Made by a program: the position numbers and the translations under genes. From Leucoraja erinacea (taxonomy: Eukaryota), in NCBI RefSeq assembly GCF_028641065.1, contig NC_073393.1:16492001-16556000 (forward strand): 64,000 nt of DNA, read 5' to 3'. Positions 27,570-42,500 of the stretch are shown piece by piece; the stretch's first letter is position 1; every line of letters begins with the position of its first letter. The notes below the pieces were generated by a model, which was not told the DNA's origin, did no database searches, and saw nothing but the letters and a program-made list of their open reading frames with translations.

Positions 27570-30500
27570 TTTTATTTTATTAGAAGTAAGCACAGTCATA
27601 TGGCACCAAAGTGCCTAATATGAAAATTAAAATCTAAAGAAAATTATAACTGTTCCACATTTGGCTGAAGTTTATAGCCTTGTATTTGCCACACTGGACC
27701 TGGGCAGCTCTGGCTAGTGCAAATAAAATTGCTTTGATTTGGTTTCAAAAAACAATAACCTTTGGACTATTCTAATTGTTCATTCTCATCAGGGCAACTT
27801 AAAAGGCACTGCATATCCAATCTGTAAACCGAAGCTTATTAGTTTTTGATGCATTTCAGGGAGTGTTCACAGTTGCACCTGTCTGTTAAGCTTTTGATCT
27901 GACAATTTTATTTTTTATTTTTTATGCCATCCTTCTCTATTCCAATCTGTCTTCATATATTCAGTCGAGACTTGAGAATTAGTAGTAGTAGCTCATTTAG
28001 TCCCTCTTTGCAGTAATGACCTCTATTCCAACTCTCACCTCCGCCACTATATCTGCTTAATACACTTGAAATACCCATTTGGTGTCTAATATTAGTTTAT
28101 GTGTTGTGGTAGAAACATATGGTTTTTTTTTCTGAACTGTCCTCAATTTTGATACAACAATGTGAAAAAAGCTTGGTTGATGCCTTCTGATTTAAACAAT
28201 TCCTCTTTTCTATGGTTGGTTGCTTTGTATAACATGGCAATTTCAATTTTAGATGCTGCCACAGCAAATTGAACCTCTATTGGTGGATTATTAAAATCAA
28301 ATAGATGCATTTGATACAAAACTTTCATCTTGTTTGTCTAATTTGTCCAATATTGAATTTGGCGTAAGATCTGAGATATAGCCAAAGTGTATCAGTTTTT
28401 GGCATTCTTCAATTGTGGAAAATGGGAAATAGATTTTGTTTTTAAAGCAAAGCATAATGGTAGATGATGTGCACCCGTGATTGGTTGCCAAGATCAAGCG
28501 ATACCCTTTTCAAGTGGGAGTAGGCAAAATTAATTTTTACTGTGTTTAAGGTTTGCTTAGTGATCAGCTTGTAAATTTTAACATTGTTTTGAGCTGGTAG
28601 ACATGATGATAAATGTGTATAAAATCAATAGATTTTGTCAGTAATCTCCATTTTGTGAATTTACATTGATCATTGTATTTTGAAAGAGCCTGGGGTTTGC
28701 ATTTGCATAGAAGATAGACATATTGCTGGAGTAACTATGCAGGTCAGGTAGCATCTCAGGAGAAAAGGAATGGGTGACGTTTTGGGGCGAAACCCCTCAA
28801 ACTGAGAGTCAAGGTAGAGGGAAACTAGAGGTATGAAAATGTTCGGAACAAATCTGAGCCGGCACAGATGGCCAATGAAAGATGGAGCCTACAATGGTCC
28901 ATTGTTGGATGTGGAAGAGGTGATAACTTAAGGTCCTGTCCCACTGCGGTGACCTAATTGGTGAGCTTAGAAGCGCTTGCCCTTGACTCGTACTCGCAGC
29001 ATGGTCGACATGAGGTCCTAGGAAGTCTTTGTAACTCTCCTTCATGCTCGAGAGTAGTCCCTGTGTACTCGAGGTCTCAGCTAGGTCGCGGCGTATTTTT
29101 CAACATGCTGAAAAAAGGTCGCCATGGAAAAATCGATTTTGTTTTTACTCTTAGGGTTAATCGAAGTAGGTCAGCATGTTATTTGTAGGTAATCGACGGT
29201 AGTCGAAGGTAGTCATAGATAGTCTTCAACATAGTCAAAGGGAGATCGAAGGAGGTCGTCTTCACTCTCCACTATTCGGTGTCCAATTTTCCTGAAGCTA
29301 GTTGAAGGAGGTCTTCAACATGACACTTTTTCAAACTCTTCTAAACTCGCCAATTAGGTTGCCGCAGTGGGACATGCCCTTGAGGGATATATGGATGCGA
29401 ACAGTGGAACTGATAGGATGACTAAGATGGGGGAGGGGGCAGAGAGAGGGAATGCAGGGGTTAGTATAGAAATCAATACACTGCTGGGGTGTAAGCTGCC
29501 CAAGCAAAATATGAGATGCTATTCTTTTCATATCACTGGGTTGTAATGAATTGGGTTTGGATTAGTTTATGTCACACATCTTAAGTTTTTTCTTCTGTAT
29601 TTGGGTAGGCCACGGTACTGACATCATTGAACAACAGTCTAACGGAATCCAGTCCCTCCATCTATTCCTCTTTCAAGATGGAGAATACTGGGCAGAATCA
29701 AAATCAAACTGGAAATCTTTCACCAGCAGTGGATGGTACACCATTCTACAGGTAATAGAATGGATCTTTCCCTTATTTCCCGCAGATGTATCTCAGTATA
29801 CACTTTTTATTGCAGAATTGAACCTGTTCCAAACCACCTTTAGCTATACACGCTTCTTTGATTATTGTGCAACATAAGGGCATTAATCTTCATTTTGCAA
29901 CTGACAAACTTTGTGTTCAGTAAGCCCTCTTTCAATGAGCCAGCTTGGTCTTCAATATTTATCTGCAATTAGATGAGGAGCCAATCAGTCCCTCCCAGAC
30001 TGTTCCAATATTCTGTGGCGATAATATAGTTGCCTCCTCCAATGTGAGCATGATTGATTGGCTCCAGGGAACGCCGACACCAACCCAAAAATAGAGTCCA
30101 TTCATTGGCTCCGGGAAGCGACGACTGCCGCCCTCTCCCCCGTTGGGGATGGGGCCCACTTGGTCTAGTATCCCTTAAAATCTGTGACTGGCAATAGAAC
30201 TTTTGGCTTGCAAAAACCCGGTCTTCTTGAAGACCGGCCCGGTAGAGGCGACTGCTGCCCATGGCCAAACTAGCCCCTCACCTTTTTCTCTGACTGCCTT
30301 TCGGGTATGCAATATCTTATTGACTCCGGCGCCGAGTTATCGGTCGTTCCTCCCAGTTCCTAAGAGCGTTTACACCCTAACCCCAGATGTGTTCTCATTG
30401 CTGCGAACAATCCTAGCATACAGACATTCGGTCAGAAATCAGTCATGTTTGACTTCGGTCTGCAGAAAACGTTTTGCTGGATTTTAACAGCCGCAAACCC

Positions 30501-33500
30501 TATGATCAGAGCGGACTTTCTTTCACACTTTTCTTTGCTGGTGGATTTATGAAATCGTCGCTTGAGTGGTTGCTGCACTTTATGCACTGCATCTGCCGTC
30601 TGGCATTGACTATCTCTCACCTTACCAGCCTCCAACCCAGCATTATCATTAACACGAACTAATGCGTGTTTGGCGCTCACGAACTCACTTATCCTCGGGC
30701 ATCGCATGACGGAGAATGGCATCCTGCCCAGCGAATCAAAGGTGCAGGAAATCCGAAATTACCCAGTGCCAAATTCATTAAAACAATTACGATGATTTTT
30801 GGGGTTGAGAAATTTCTACCGAACGCCGCAGGTTCCCTATTACCCTTGACCAACTTAATCAAAGGTTCGGACAAATTGTCTTCAAAGAAACCGTTGGGTT
30901 TAACCGAGGATGCAGTGCAAACCTTCAAAGCTGCTAAAAGGACTCTTGCTGACACAACTATGCATAAGAGGCCCAATGTGCACGGCTTTCACTTAACTTT
31001 TTTTCCCTGTTGCCAGCCGGGCAACTTTGGCAGCTTTTTAAGTTGCCAAATGACAGTTTAGGCGGTCATTTAAGCCGGTTTGCATGATGCGTGCGATAAT
31101 GTGCTCGGACGAAGTGTGTAGTTACCGGTCGGAATTATGTTCAATGAAGCATTCACATATTTCTGCTTCAAATAAAGTCACAAACTAAACATATTCACCA
31201 ATCAAGACATGATATATACCACAATGACATGCAGCAAAATTATAATACAGTATCTCAACTCTTTTTAAACATTGCAATTAATGCAATTTCTAATAGTTCT
31301 TTCCACTTCCAAACAAAAATGTGGTTGTATTATTCAGCGTATGATCAACCTGTGTCAATAAATCCTGGACCATGGTCATATATATGCTTAACCATGCACA
31401 CTACAGATTGATGCTAGCATGTTTTCTGTGAGGGACCAAAAATTACCATGACAAGGCCAAAGCATGGGTCGTCATTGCTATTGGTACAGAAACACTCTTG
31501 CTTCCCACGTAATTTATGCATAACAAAATATACAGGTTGCAAGGAAATTTCTAAAGGCCTTTTATGATAATAGCTGTTAAACCTGACTATACCCATCTGA
31601 CGGGTTAAACATTAGACTAACTGACAAGAAATGGCCAAAGGACACACTTCCTGCCAAAGGACATAACTGCTGCAAATGTTCATTTGGTAATATGTTTAAA
31701 GGTGTCAAAACCAACCGACAATCTCATTCATCGAGCGGGCGAAGTCACAGGACACAAACACTTCCTGTCAAAGACCTCCCACACTGCAGTACCAAACGAG
31801 ATCAGGCTGTAAAATCAATGCGCCAGACAAAGCCAGGACAAACCTTGTGTGACTCGGTGGCTACGTGGGGACCTGTGTCGACTTCATGCCCACATGGTTT
31901 ATCGTACAGCTTGTTACCGCTAGAGGGGCCAGAGCCGGAGATGTGGTGGAGAGACAAGAGCGGGTTAAGAACTCCGCAGGTTAAAAGGCACGAATTGGCC
32001 TTAGCTGCACATGAGTTCTGAGGAGATTTTTTGTTAAAAGGGTGCTTTGGAATAAACGAGGCAGAAGGTGTTTGGCAAAGCTTGGTGTTGCTTGTGCTTT
32101 ACTTTCGGTCGTGAGATTTAGTGGATTCTACAGTCTCGCCAGGGCCCTGTACAACCACAGTAAGAGCTCCTTGCTCCTAAACTCATCCTCTCGCATTGAA
32201 GGCCAACAAGCTATTAGCTTTCTTCACTGCCTGCTGCACCTGCATGCTTACATTCTTCCTTTCACTTGTTTTGTATGTAATTTTATTCTGAATTCAGTCT
32301 AAAATGCCTTGCCTCGAGCATATCAATTCTTGCAAATATTAATTAGCTCTACATCTTCTGATATATGATTAGAAGCTTAATTTATGATCACTCTCCTAAT
32401 ATTGTGCTTCAAATGTTGAAGCATTCTGGTAACTCGACATTGCATTCCTTCCAAAGTCGATCACACAGTACACCAGCCCCTTTAAAATCGTAAGGGGAAC
32501 ATCACCTCGTATTCCATTGAGGTAGCTTGCAGCCCAATGGTATGAACATGGAGAAACGAGGAACTGCAGATGCTGGCTTACTCCAGCACTCTGGTGTCTA
32601 TTTTGTAACTCAGCAGGTCAGGCGGCATCTGGAGAACATAGACAGGTGATGGTTCGGGTTGGAACCATTTTTCAGGCTGATTGTGATGGGGCAGCAGAAA
32701 ACTGGAGGAGAGGTGGGCCAGGACAAAGCCTGACGAGTGGTTTATACAGTTGAGAGGTTTTTGATAGGCAAGTGGTTTGACAAAGGTCAGATGAAAAGGA
32801 GCGAGATAAAGATGGAAGAGGTGTGAATTGTGAGGCTTGAGGGTGTGAAAGGAGAGGGGGAAAATGGGTGAAAGTCCATGGGACATGAGGAAGAGATAGC
32901 GGGTGGGGGGGGGGGGGGTTGTGAGTTAGTTATCTAAAATTAGAGAATTCAGTGGGGTACAGGAGGTCACATTGGAATGCAGTAGATGAGGTTGGAGGTG
33001 GATGTAAACATCTGTCTCGCCTGGGTTCCAATCGGAAACATCGCCAATCCATGTCTTCCAGAGGTGCCACTTGGCCTGTTAGTATTGTTGAAAGGCCTCT
33101 TTTCATTTTTGTCTCCTTGATTAAAAGTTGCTACAAGGTTATCTACTTTGGGGTTTTGTGCCTGACAACATGCACCCACTCCAAATCACTTTGGATCTTG
33201 TTTGTTCTTGGACTAAACATTTAGAAGCTGCTCCAGTTTTTCTCTTTAATTCTCTTTAAAAATTGAATGCTCTCAAACCTGCTTTGAAAAACCTGTTTTG
33301 CCTACTTTTGGTGTGTAAATACTGTATATCTTTAACTTTGAATGTGATTATTATTGCAAATAAACATACATATGGCTGTGTTGGGTCAAATTATTAGTAT
33401 AATTGAGGTTAATTCATAACACAATTGAGTTATTTGGAGGTGACCATCAAGGTCTAAAGAGAAACTTTCTGATTCAAGGGCTTTTGGAATATTGTTTTAA

Positions 33501-36500
33501 GTGTCTGCAGATTTCTCAACCTCGTACTCTGGGATTTGTTTTTTAATTCACCTTGCGTGTGCTTCCCTTTATTGGACCAGTTATTGATTCATTTTTAATT
33601 ACACTGCAGTGTTTGGTATCTTTTTCTGTACGGTGAAGAGTGGCACAGCATGTATTTAGATTGTGCCTTTGGCAAAATACTAGCAAGCCTAATTAAAAAG
33701 CAACACTACCAGTTCATAAAATTTTAACACAGCAACAGCTTCAGAGAGCATTTTAAAATGGAGGGAAGTAGAGAATGCATTGAAATTTGGAAGCATTTCA
33801 GAGCTTAATGCCTTTGCATATGACAATTTGGTTCTCCATAGCGGAATAATTTCGAGCTGGTCTTGGGCCAGAATTGTGCATTAATCTTGTAAATGTCGGT
33901 CATAATCGGATGACACTGGAGGCCACTGGGCCTATTTAGTCCCATGCTGTCTTTGTAGAACAATCCTGGTGTGTCCTGAAAGAGCACGTTTGTATTTTCT
34001 GCATATGTGTGGCAATTTCCTTTTCACTTCTTGTTGGAATTGAATTCTCGATTTTTACACCTTGTTGCATTTACTTAATCATCATCCCCTGCCTTTTAAA
34101 TATTGCCCATATCTAAACCTGGTGTAATCTTCCAGACCTCTCTCATAATTTCATAATAGAACCAGGTCACCTGCACCAAGTTCGTTTGCACCAAAGTGAA
34201 TAATGCTAACTTCTCCAACCGAACCTATTGACTTAATTCTGGTAAACTTCCTCGGTGCAAGGACCCTCTTACCCTATTTAAAATGCAGTGAGCAATTTGA
34301 AAGGAGACTGAGATTATTAAAAATTGGTGTCAGCAAGGATGGAATTTTGAGCGAGTTGAGATTTTGCCGAATGAGTAGCAAATTTATGTAAGGGCAAAAT
34401 GGGATAAAGTATTATAATGGTTAAGTATGGAGAAAACAAGGGCATCAATGATTTCTACTTGAAATATTTTGGTCAAATCTCTGTTGATTCCATGTTTTCA
34501 ATGGTATTTTAAAATCACCTCTTTAAGGACCTTGTCCTTTTTCCATTAAAACACACAGCATTGATATACAGTATTTCACTTTTTTATGGAGATAATGCAT
34601 TGTGTCTTCATTGCATTAGTATAGCACTGAAGTGTTTCTTTTATCTTCAGTATTGATTTGTACAGAACTCAACGTCGCAGTGCTCGACAGCAAGAAAGGA
34701 AAAACAAGGAAATCAGCAAGACAAATACCCAAGGAGGAGCAGAAGGTTCTGTTTTTGAAACAAAGCAAGTCACTACGAAAGAGAAAATAAAGGTACAGGA
34801 AGTTATTTTCTCCAGGTATTTTTCCACAATCTTGCTCAAAGTGCAACAGCAAAGCAGCATCTGGGACCTTGGTGAATAAAAGGATCAAATATTTACTGAA
34901 TTTTAAAATTTAATCCTAAATCAGCCACATAGTTAATTGCTACTGCACTTTAAAAATACTACTGATGATCTTTCATGCTGCTTATGTTTTTGTAATTTTG
35001 GAGATTCGCCTCTTTAACAAATTAGATTTATGGATTGGGAATTGAAGTGAATACATCCATGTTAGTTGGTGATGACCGGGATTAGATTGAGAATAAAAAA
35101 GGAAATTTAAATGTCTTGAATCGTAAAGTCAATCCACACTACAGAGGCAATTCAAATTCCATTAATTACTTTATCCCCGAGGGAAAACGGTAATGTTAAT
35201 CACCAGAAATTTTCTGAAAGATCAATGGCCAATTAATGTGAAAGACCAAGTTATAAATGGGATACTTTATTTGTACGGTCAACTGATAAGATCACTCTTT
35301 TCCCCTTCCTTACAGATACTTAACGATGAAATTAAGAGACTGCACAACATCATGCATCAGGCGAGCCAGGCACTAAATTGTTGTACAGACAAAGAGCACG
35401 GCAAAGGCTCATGGGAAGAAGCAGAAGCAGAGCGTCACCTTCTTATTGCTTGTGAGTAACACTGAGCCAGAAACACTGACACGATGCTATACGTAGCTGG
35501 AATTAATCAATGCTGTGCAAGTAAACAATAGTAGAGGAGAGACTTTTCCTACATAATGGGTAACACTGGAGAGTTTCCTTTTGTATCTGAAATTGGGCAG
35601 CTTAAATCTTCAGGGAAATTGCTCAATAATTCTTGGCAGTGCAGTACAGATTGAACACTTTTTCCACCGGCACCCTCTGTTCCAGAGACTTTTCCTAGAT
35701 TATCAGATATTCTGGACTAACAAAGGTAATGTAATAATGAAACGGCAATACACCCCTGGCCCATTAATGACACCCCTTCCGGGTCTAATGCACCATGGGG
35801 TACCAGAAACTTAAATAGAAAATATAAACGAACACTAATGACCTACCGACTCCTCTCCGGCTCCCACTGTGTCTGAGCCCATCCTCTCACACTGAGAGGA
35901 CACAACATGCTGGAGTAATTCAGTGGGTCAGGATCTTGGGAGGACATGGATAGGTGACATTGCGGCCCTCCCTCAGACTAATTCAGTCAGCTGAGTTACT
36001 CCAGCATTTTGTGTTACAATGTGCCCCATCGGTCACCATGGGGGTCCCTTCCCTCTCGCCTGCTGTCGCTTCCAAGGTGGAGTATGTCGGCGGCTCCAGG
36101 GAAGGAGGAGGAGGCGGCGGTGGTGGGCACTGGAGGGTAGAGGGGGAGCTGTGGCTTCAGATCTTCAGATTACCACCTCCCCCGCCCTCTCCTCCCTTGC
36201 ACCGTCTTCTCTCCTGGAGTCACTGAAAATCTATAATGTTTTTTAATTAATTAACTTTATCTCTTCCAAGATGAAATAGCATTGGAGGAAATCGGAACCT
36301 TTTTTTAATATGCATTTCCTTCACAATCATGATCCCTAAACCTGTCTTTTTTCCTATCCCACTCTTGTGACCTTTTTACTGTGTTGAATGTATAGTGTAA
36401 TGCCAACAGTCTGTGGCATTTATATGATGCACTATTCTGATTAGATATTAAATTTGTTGAATGCTATTTTGGCAGAAACTTTACTAGAAATTAATGATTT

Positions 36501-39500
36501 CAAATGTATTGTTTCACTTTAAAGCTGAGAAACGTGTTGCATTACTGACTGAGCTGAGTAGGCTGAAAGGAGACGGTTATGCGGGATCCCGAGGTGAAGC
36601 AGCCCAGTTGACAAATGGGCTTGAGCCCTGCTATGGCGATGTCTGCATCTCTAATCTTCACCTGCCTCTGAAAGCTGAATTTGTGTCTCAAGCATTATGT
36701 AAAGAAGGTAAGGGAGGTATAAAGTGCACAGAGAATCAGATGGAAAAAAGTCATAATTTTTGTTTCATTTTGGTTGTTGATAATATTGTTTTATATCAAA
36801 AGTTATTGTTGCTTAGTTATATAAATACCATGCAACCTTTAAACCAGCTTACTTAGCCTGCTTTACTTGTTTAATACTGTAAAGTAGGTACATTTCTTGA
36901 ACAATGTTTTTACTCCGAAAACCAACTGCATCTTTTCAGTATTTCCAACCTCCAGGTGTTTAAAACAAATTCCACAAACTGAACCCTCTGAAATCTTTTT
37001 CTGTGCTAAATCTCAATTTGCACTGAGTCAGAGTGTAGAACAGTACAGCATAGGAATAGGCCTATGATATCTGTGCAAAACCATGTTGCTAATCTAAACA
37101 ACACACCTGCGTATATATGGACCCTGACCCTTAATGCACTGTCTGAGTAAATGCCTCCTAAATATTTATATTGTATATTCATTCTTTGGTGGATACATGC
37201 TCAATGAGCCAGCAAATTGCCTCTCTTGTATTTGTCAATTAATTACAAGGTCTGAGGATGTAATAAAGATGTGCTGTGCAGGTTGGAGGGCAATAAAAAT
37301 GCTTGCTGTATATTCTGCTCCTAGTGACACCTAGTTGTAACTAAATTACAACTGGTGAATGTGACAGGCATGTACCACATCAACATAACTTCTTCATACA
37401 AACACTCGGGCATCTGGAATATTCTTCAACTAGATGTTTGCCCAAGTTTTGCAGTGCTTCTGGTGAAGGCACAGTGATGTTGGTTGAATTCTAGATTTCT
37501 TTTGACCCAGGAATTATGAACAACGCAATTTTAAAGATTGGTCTGATCATTTGTGTTGAAAGTGCATTTTGAGGGTAGATCAAAGGATGCTTGAATGGCA
37601 ATGATTTAACTTCAAAAATACCTATGTTTGAAAAATCTTGTGTAATGAAACCACCTATATTTATACGTATTTTACATTTCTGCTTCTCTTCTTCAGGAAA
37701 GCCCACGCATTATTTCTTGCTGATGATCAAATATGGTCCACACAATATTATAGCAACTCCACTAGCAACAGCAAAGGATGCTCACCAGAATGATACCATT
37801 ATTTTCCCAACCATCATTACACTGTGAGTTCCCATCTTTAAGGTTGTCTGCAAAAAAAAAATATATGCTTAAGAGATAGTTGGATTGCCACTGACTTAAA
37901 CACTTGTGGCACATCTTAGGTTGGGTAAGGGGGAGGTGCAGCGAGACCTGGGCGTCCTTGTACACCGGTTACTGAAAGTTGGCTTACAGGTACAGCAGGT
38001 AGTGAAGAAAGCTAATGGAATGTTGGCCTTCATAACAAGAGGATTTCAGTATAGGAGTTAAGAGGTTCTTCTGCAGTTGTATATGGCTCTGGTGAGACCA
38101 CATCTGGAGTATTGTGTACAGTTTTGGTCTCCTAATTTGAGGAAGGACATCCTTGTGATTGAGGCAGTGCAGCATAGGTTCACGAGATTGATTCCTGGGA
38201 TGGCGGGACTGTCATATGAGGAAAGATTGAAAATACTAGGCTTGTATTCACTGGAGTTTAGAAGGATGAGGGGAAACCTTATAGAAACATATAAAATTAT
38301 AAAAGGACTGGACAAGATAGATGCAGGAAAAATGTGGGGCGATTCCAGAACCAGGGTCCACAGTCTTAGAATAAAGAGGAGGTCATTTAAGACTGAGGAG
38401 AGAAAAAACGTTTTAACCTAGAGTTGTGAATTTGTAGAATTCCCTGCCACAGAGGGCAATGGAGGCCAAGTCACTGGATGGATTTAAGAGAGTTAGATCT
38501 CTAGGGGCTAGTGGAGTCAAGGGATATGGGGAGAAGGCAGGCACGGGTTATTGATAGGGGACCATCAAGGGGATCAGCCATGATCACAATGAATGGCGGA
38601 GTGATACATGAAGAGCCCTCCAAGAATAAACCTTGCATTGTTTAAATAGGAAGTTTCAGTTAGCTGCCTACTGTCATAAATCTCCCCACAAACTTGTAGA
38701 GGAAAAATTCAAAGCCACATATTCAAAATTCAACTTATTTGACTTCAGTTTTTTGTGCCATAAATTTTGTTGTACCCGTTCCTTGGTTTTAATGCTATTC
38801 CCATAAAAAGATTTAAGATTAACATGTTGATTTGGGGATTAAATCCAGATTCTCATTCATTTTACCATTTGTACAATTTTTTAAAAGTTTGATTTTGGGA
38901 CAAAAGAAAATATTTTCTTAATTCGAAAATTCATTGCATGACACCGTGAATGATTTCTCTGATTATATCTGACCAATTTGCCTCCTAACTGCAGGCATTG
39001 ACACACTAAGCTAAATTATTGATATATTGTCTTTTTAAAATGTGATCTATCTTAATGATCTTCCAGGAGTGATATTCATTACAAGTTTGAAATTGACGTG
39101 GAGGTGTACAGCTTGGTAAGCAAAGTGCATTCAATTATTAAGCTAATTGATGGTGTTTTAAAACTCCCAATTTATTATGCAGCAAATTGATTTACTTTTT
39201 TGTCCCCTGTAGGCTCAGTCTTTAAATGTAACCACTGCTGAAAAGCGAAGATCATCAAGATCCAAGGTGATGTTTCAAAGCAAGTCATCTGATCTGTAAA
39301 CTTTCATTTGGTTTGTCATATTGTGTCCTTGATTCTCTTTCATGATTGGTGTTAGAGATGGCTGCTTATGAGCCCAAAAGATGCATCTTATAATTGAACC
39401 ATTGTCCACTCCTCGGTCATGCTTGAAATTATTAACTGATTTTTCTGTACTTTCACTTTAATCATATAATTTTAAAGGAAAAAACAATCCATCTGGAGTT

Positions 39501-42500
39501 GATTTTCACAGTAAGCATCCTTTACTGCTGAAATATATTGTGCAACTTTCAGCCAATTTAAAGTTGATTTGTTGCATGTTGCAAACGAATAATTCCTTTG
39601 CACATTATGGAATGCTCCTTGCCTGGGGCTGATCTGGATACTACAGCTTTGAAGCAACTCGTGGCCCCACCCCCAATTTCCCAAGATTCTGAATTTATGT
39701 TAATTTAATGAAATTTATCTTACTTGTTACATAATGGTACCTCGGAGTCTCTATTCTCTTGATAGGCAATTTATTATAATTTGATATTGGAAGAAACATG
39801 CTGAGGTTTAATAAATTGAAAAACCTGCTTGTGATTTTTCACTTCTGCATACGAGTTACAAAGTTATTACTTTTCTTATGTTACCCACCAGCAAGCAAAT
39901 TGTAAAATATGTTGACATTGATGCAGTTAAACGGTCTTAAGTGTACTGATTTTATTTTTTGGAGTTTAACATTCCTGATACCGACTTGGACTGCTGTGGT
40001 GTGTAGTGTCCAGGTAAGTTACCTCAGGCAATCTGTAGTGGATTCTACAGGGGAGATGACAAAGCTTGACATACTCTTAGGGAATTGCACAAGACAAATG
40101 ACTGAAGTGTCAGTATGTGAGCCAATTGGTACCAGTGACCAGTTTTATTAGCTTTCAAAATAGTTATCGATAAGGACAGGCCAAAGTTAGTCCACAGTTC
40201 TAAACTGGAGCAAGGCTAATTTTGATTATATTTTCAGGAACTTAGAAAAGTTGATTGGACTAGGTTGTTTGCAGGCAAAGGGATGTTCTGAAAATGGGAT
40301 GCATGTTCCTGTTTGACTGAAGGAAACCTGGATGATGAACCAGATTGATTCCTGGGATGTCAGGACTTTCATATGAAGAAAGACTGGATAGACTCAGCTT
40401 GTACGCGCTAGAATTTAGAAGATTGAGGGGGGAATCTTATAGAAACTTACAAAATTCTTATGGGGTTGGACAGGCTAGATGCAGGAAGATTGTTCCTGAT
40501 GTTGGCGAAGTCCAGAACAAGGGGTCACAGTTTAAGGATAAGGGGGAAATCTTTTAGGACCGAGATGAGAAAAACCTTTTTCACACAGAGAGTGGTGAAT
40601 CTCTGGAATTCTCTGCCACAGAATGTAGTTGAGGCCCGTTCATTGGCTATATTTAAGAGGGAGTTGGATGTGGCCCTTGTGGCTAAAGGGATCAGGGGGT
40701 ATGGAGAGAAGGCAGGTGCAGGATACTGAGTTGGATGATCAGCCATGATCATATTGAATGGCAGTGCAGGCTCGAAGGGCCGAATGGCCTACTCCTGCAC
40801 CTATTTTTATATGTTTCTATGAAAGTGAGGCTCTGGTCTAGGAAAATGATATGGCTCGGGCGTGTATAGCTGGGATGAAGTGCATCAATGGAGGAGCATA
40901 GGGGATTGAAGAGAGAACTAGGGAGTGAATAGAGGCCCCTCAGTAACCAAAATGATCATTTATGTGTGGAGCTGCAGGAGATGAGACTTCAATGCATAAA
41001 TGGCTGAGATATAAACATTTTCATTGAGGTGCCAGAAGACAAAAATGGTTAATGTTGTGCCTCTACCTAAGGGCTGCAAAGATGGAAAAGAACTCGGAAC
41101 TATAGACCAGTATACCTAACTCATGTGTTGGGCAGGTTACTAGAGAGGATTCTCTGGGGTATGGTATACATACATTTGGATGGATGGAGTTTGATTTGGG
41201 TTAGTCAGTATGGTTTAGTACATGAGAGGTCACGTCATGAGTTTTGAGGTTTAAAAAAAAAAAAAAAAGAAATAACCAAGAAGGTTGACCATGGTAAGGC
41301 AATAGACTTAGTCCATATTGATTTAAGCAAAACTTGAGGTTCCTTATGGTATGTTAGTCTTGAAGATTAGGTCTAATTGGATCCAGAGAGAGCTAGCTAA
41401 CTGAATACAAAAACGGCTTTATGGCAGGAAGCAATGGGTGGTGGGTATATGGAACAAATGCAAGAGGATACAGTTGAAGCAGTTACAATAACATTCAAAA
41501 ATACATTTTGAATGGATAGGAAAGGTGTAGATATGGGCCAGAAGCTGGCACATGGAATTAGACCAGATGGGCCATCTTGGTCGCCATGGACAAATTGGGC
41601 TGTGGAGCCTGTCAAGGAGCATGAATGTCATTTGCAAATTCTAAATGTACATGCTATAAGCCACTCACTTTATGGATCTTCAACTTGATTAATTTGTTCT
41701 AAAAATATGACCTATGTTCATTGGTTTTGGGCTCAATGAAGCCTCGACACAATCACTGGCAAAACTCAAATCTTATGATTTACTGCAATGAAATCTTTCC
41801 ATTGATGGCTCTAAAATTTCTTGCAGCTCTAATTTTAGTCTGCAAATAAATAATGCTGTAATGCTTGATTCATAAAATGAAAACTTGGTATTATTCCAGC
41901 ACTAGCTGCAAAGCATTCCTTCAGTGTTGATCTCCCCACAAACCTAATGTTGATTACAAGTCTTACATTTTATCAGTATCTATATTCCCATTTTAGTCTT
42001 AAAACTGAGATACACCGTAAGTGCAGTGCAATTCCAAGAAGTTTGTAAAGTGCTAGTCAATAGCTCCAAGCTCATTTTCAACAGGATAATCCTGTTGTAA
42101 GGCTGAGTGCTGTGAGTTATAAATTGAAAATATATCTGTACTTAAGGATCTTTGATTCAGATGTGTAGTGGAGCTATCTAGATTTGAGTGTTTGAATGAA
42201 ATGTTGCTGTTGCAATAATTAATGCAGGTCACTTTGATGTGTTTGCAAAAAAAAGTCAAAATGAGATCTAATGTTTCTTTACTACTGTACAGGCATTAAC
42301 ACCTAAAAAGCTCCTGACGTCAATAACTGTAAGTACACTTATTTGCTTTAAAATCATGATAGCTGGTTCACATGACACAACATTTGAGTGACACGTGAAG
42401 GCATTTGATCAAGCTCTAATTGCTCAGCATGATCGTGTACTATCTTTCTTCCTGGAGATGTGCTACTCTTGTTTAACATTTGCAGAGCCCTTTTGTCATC

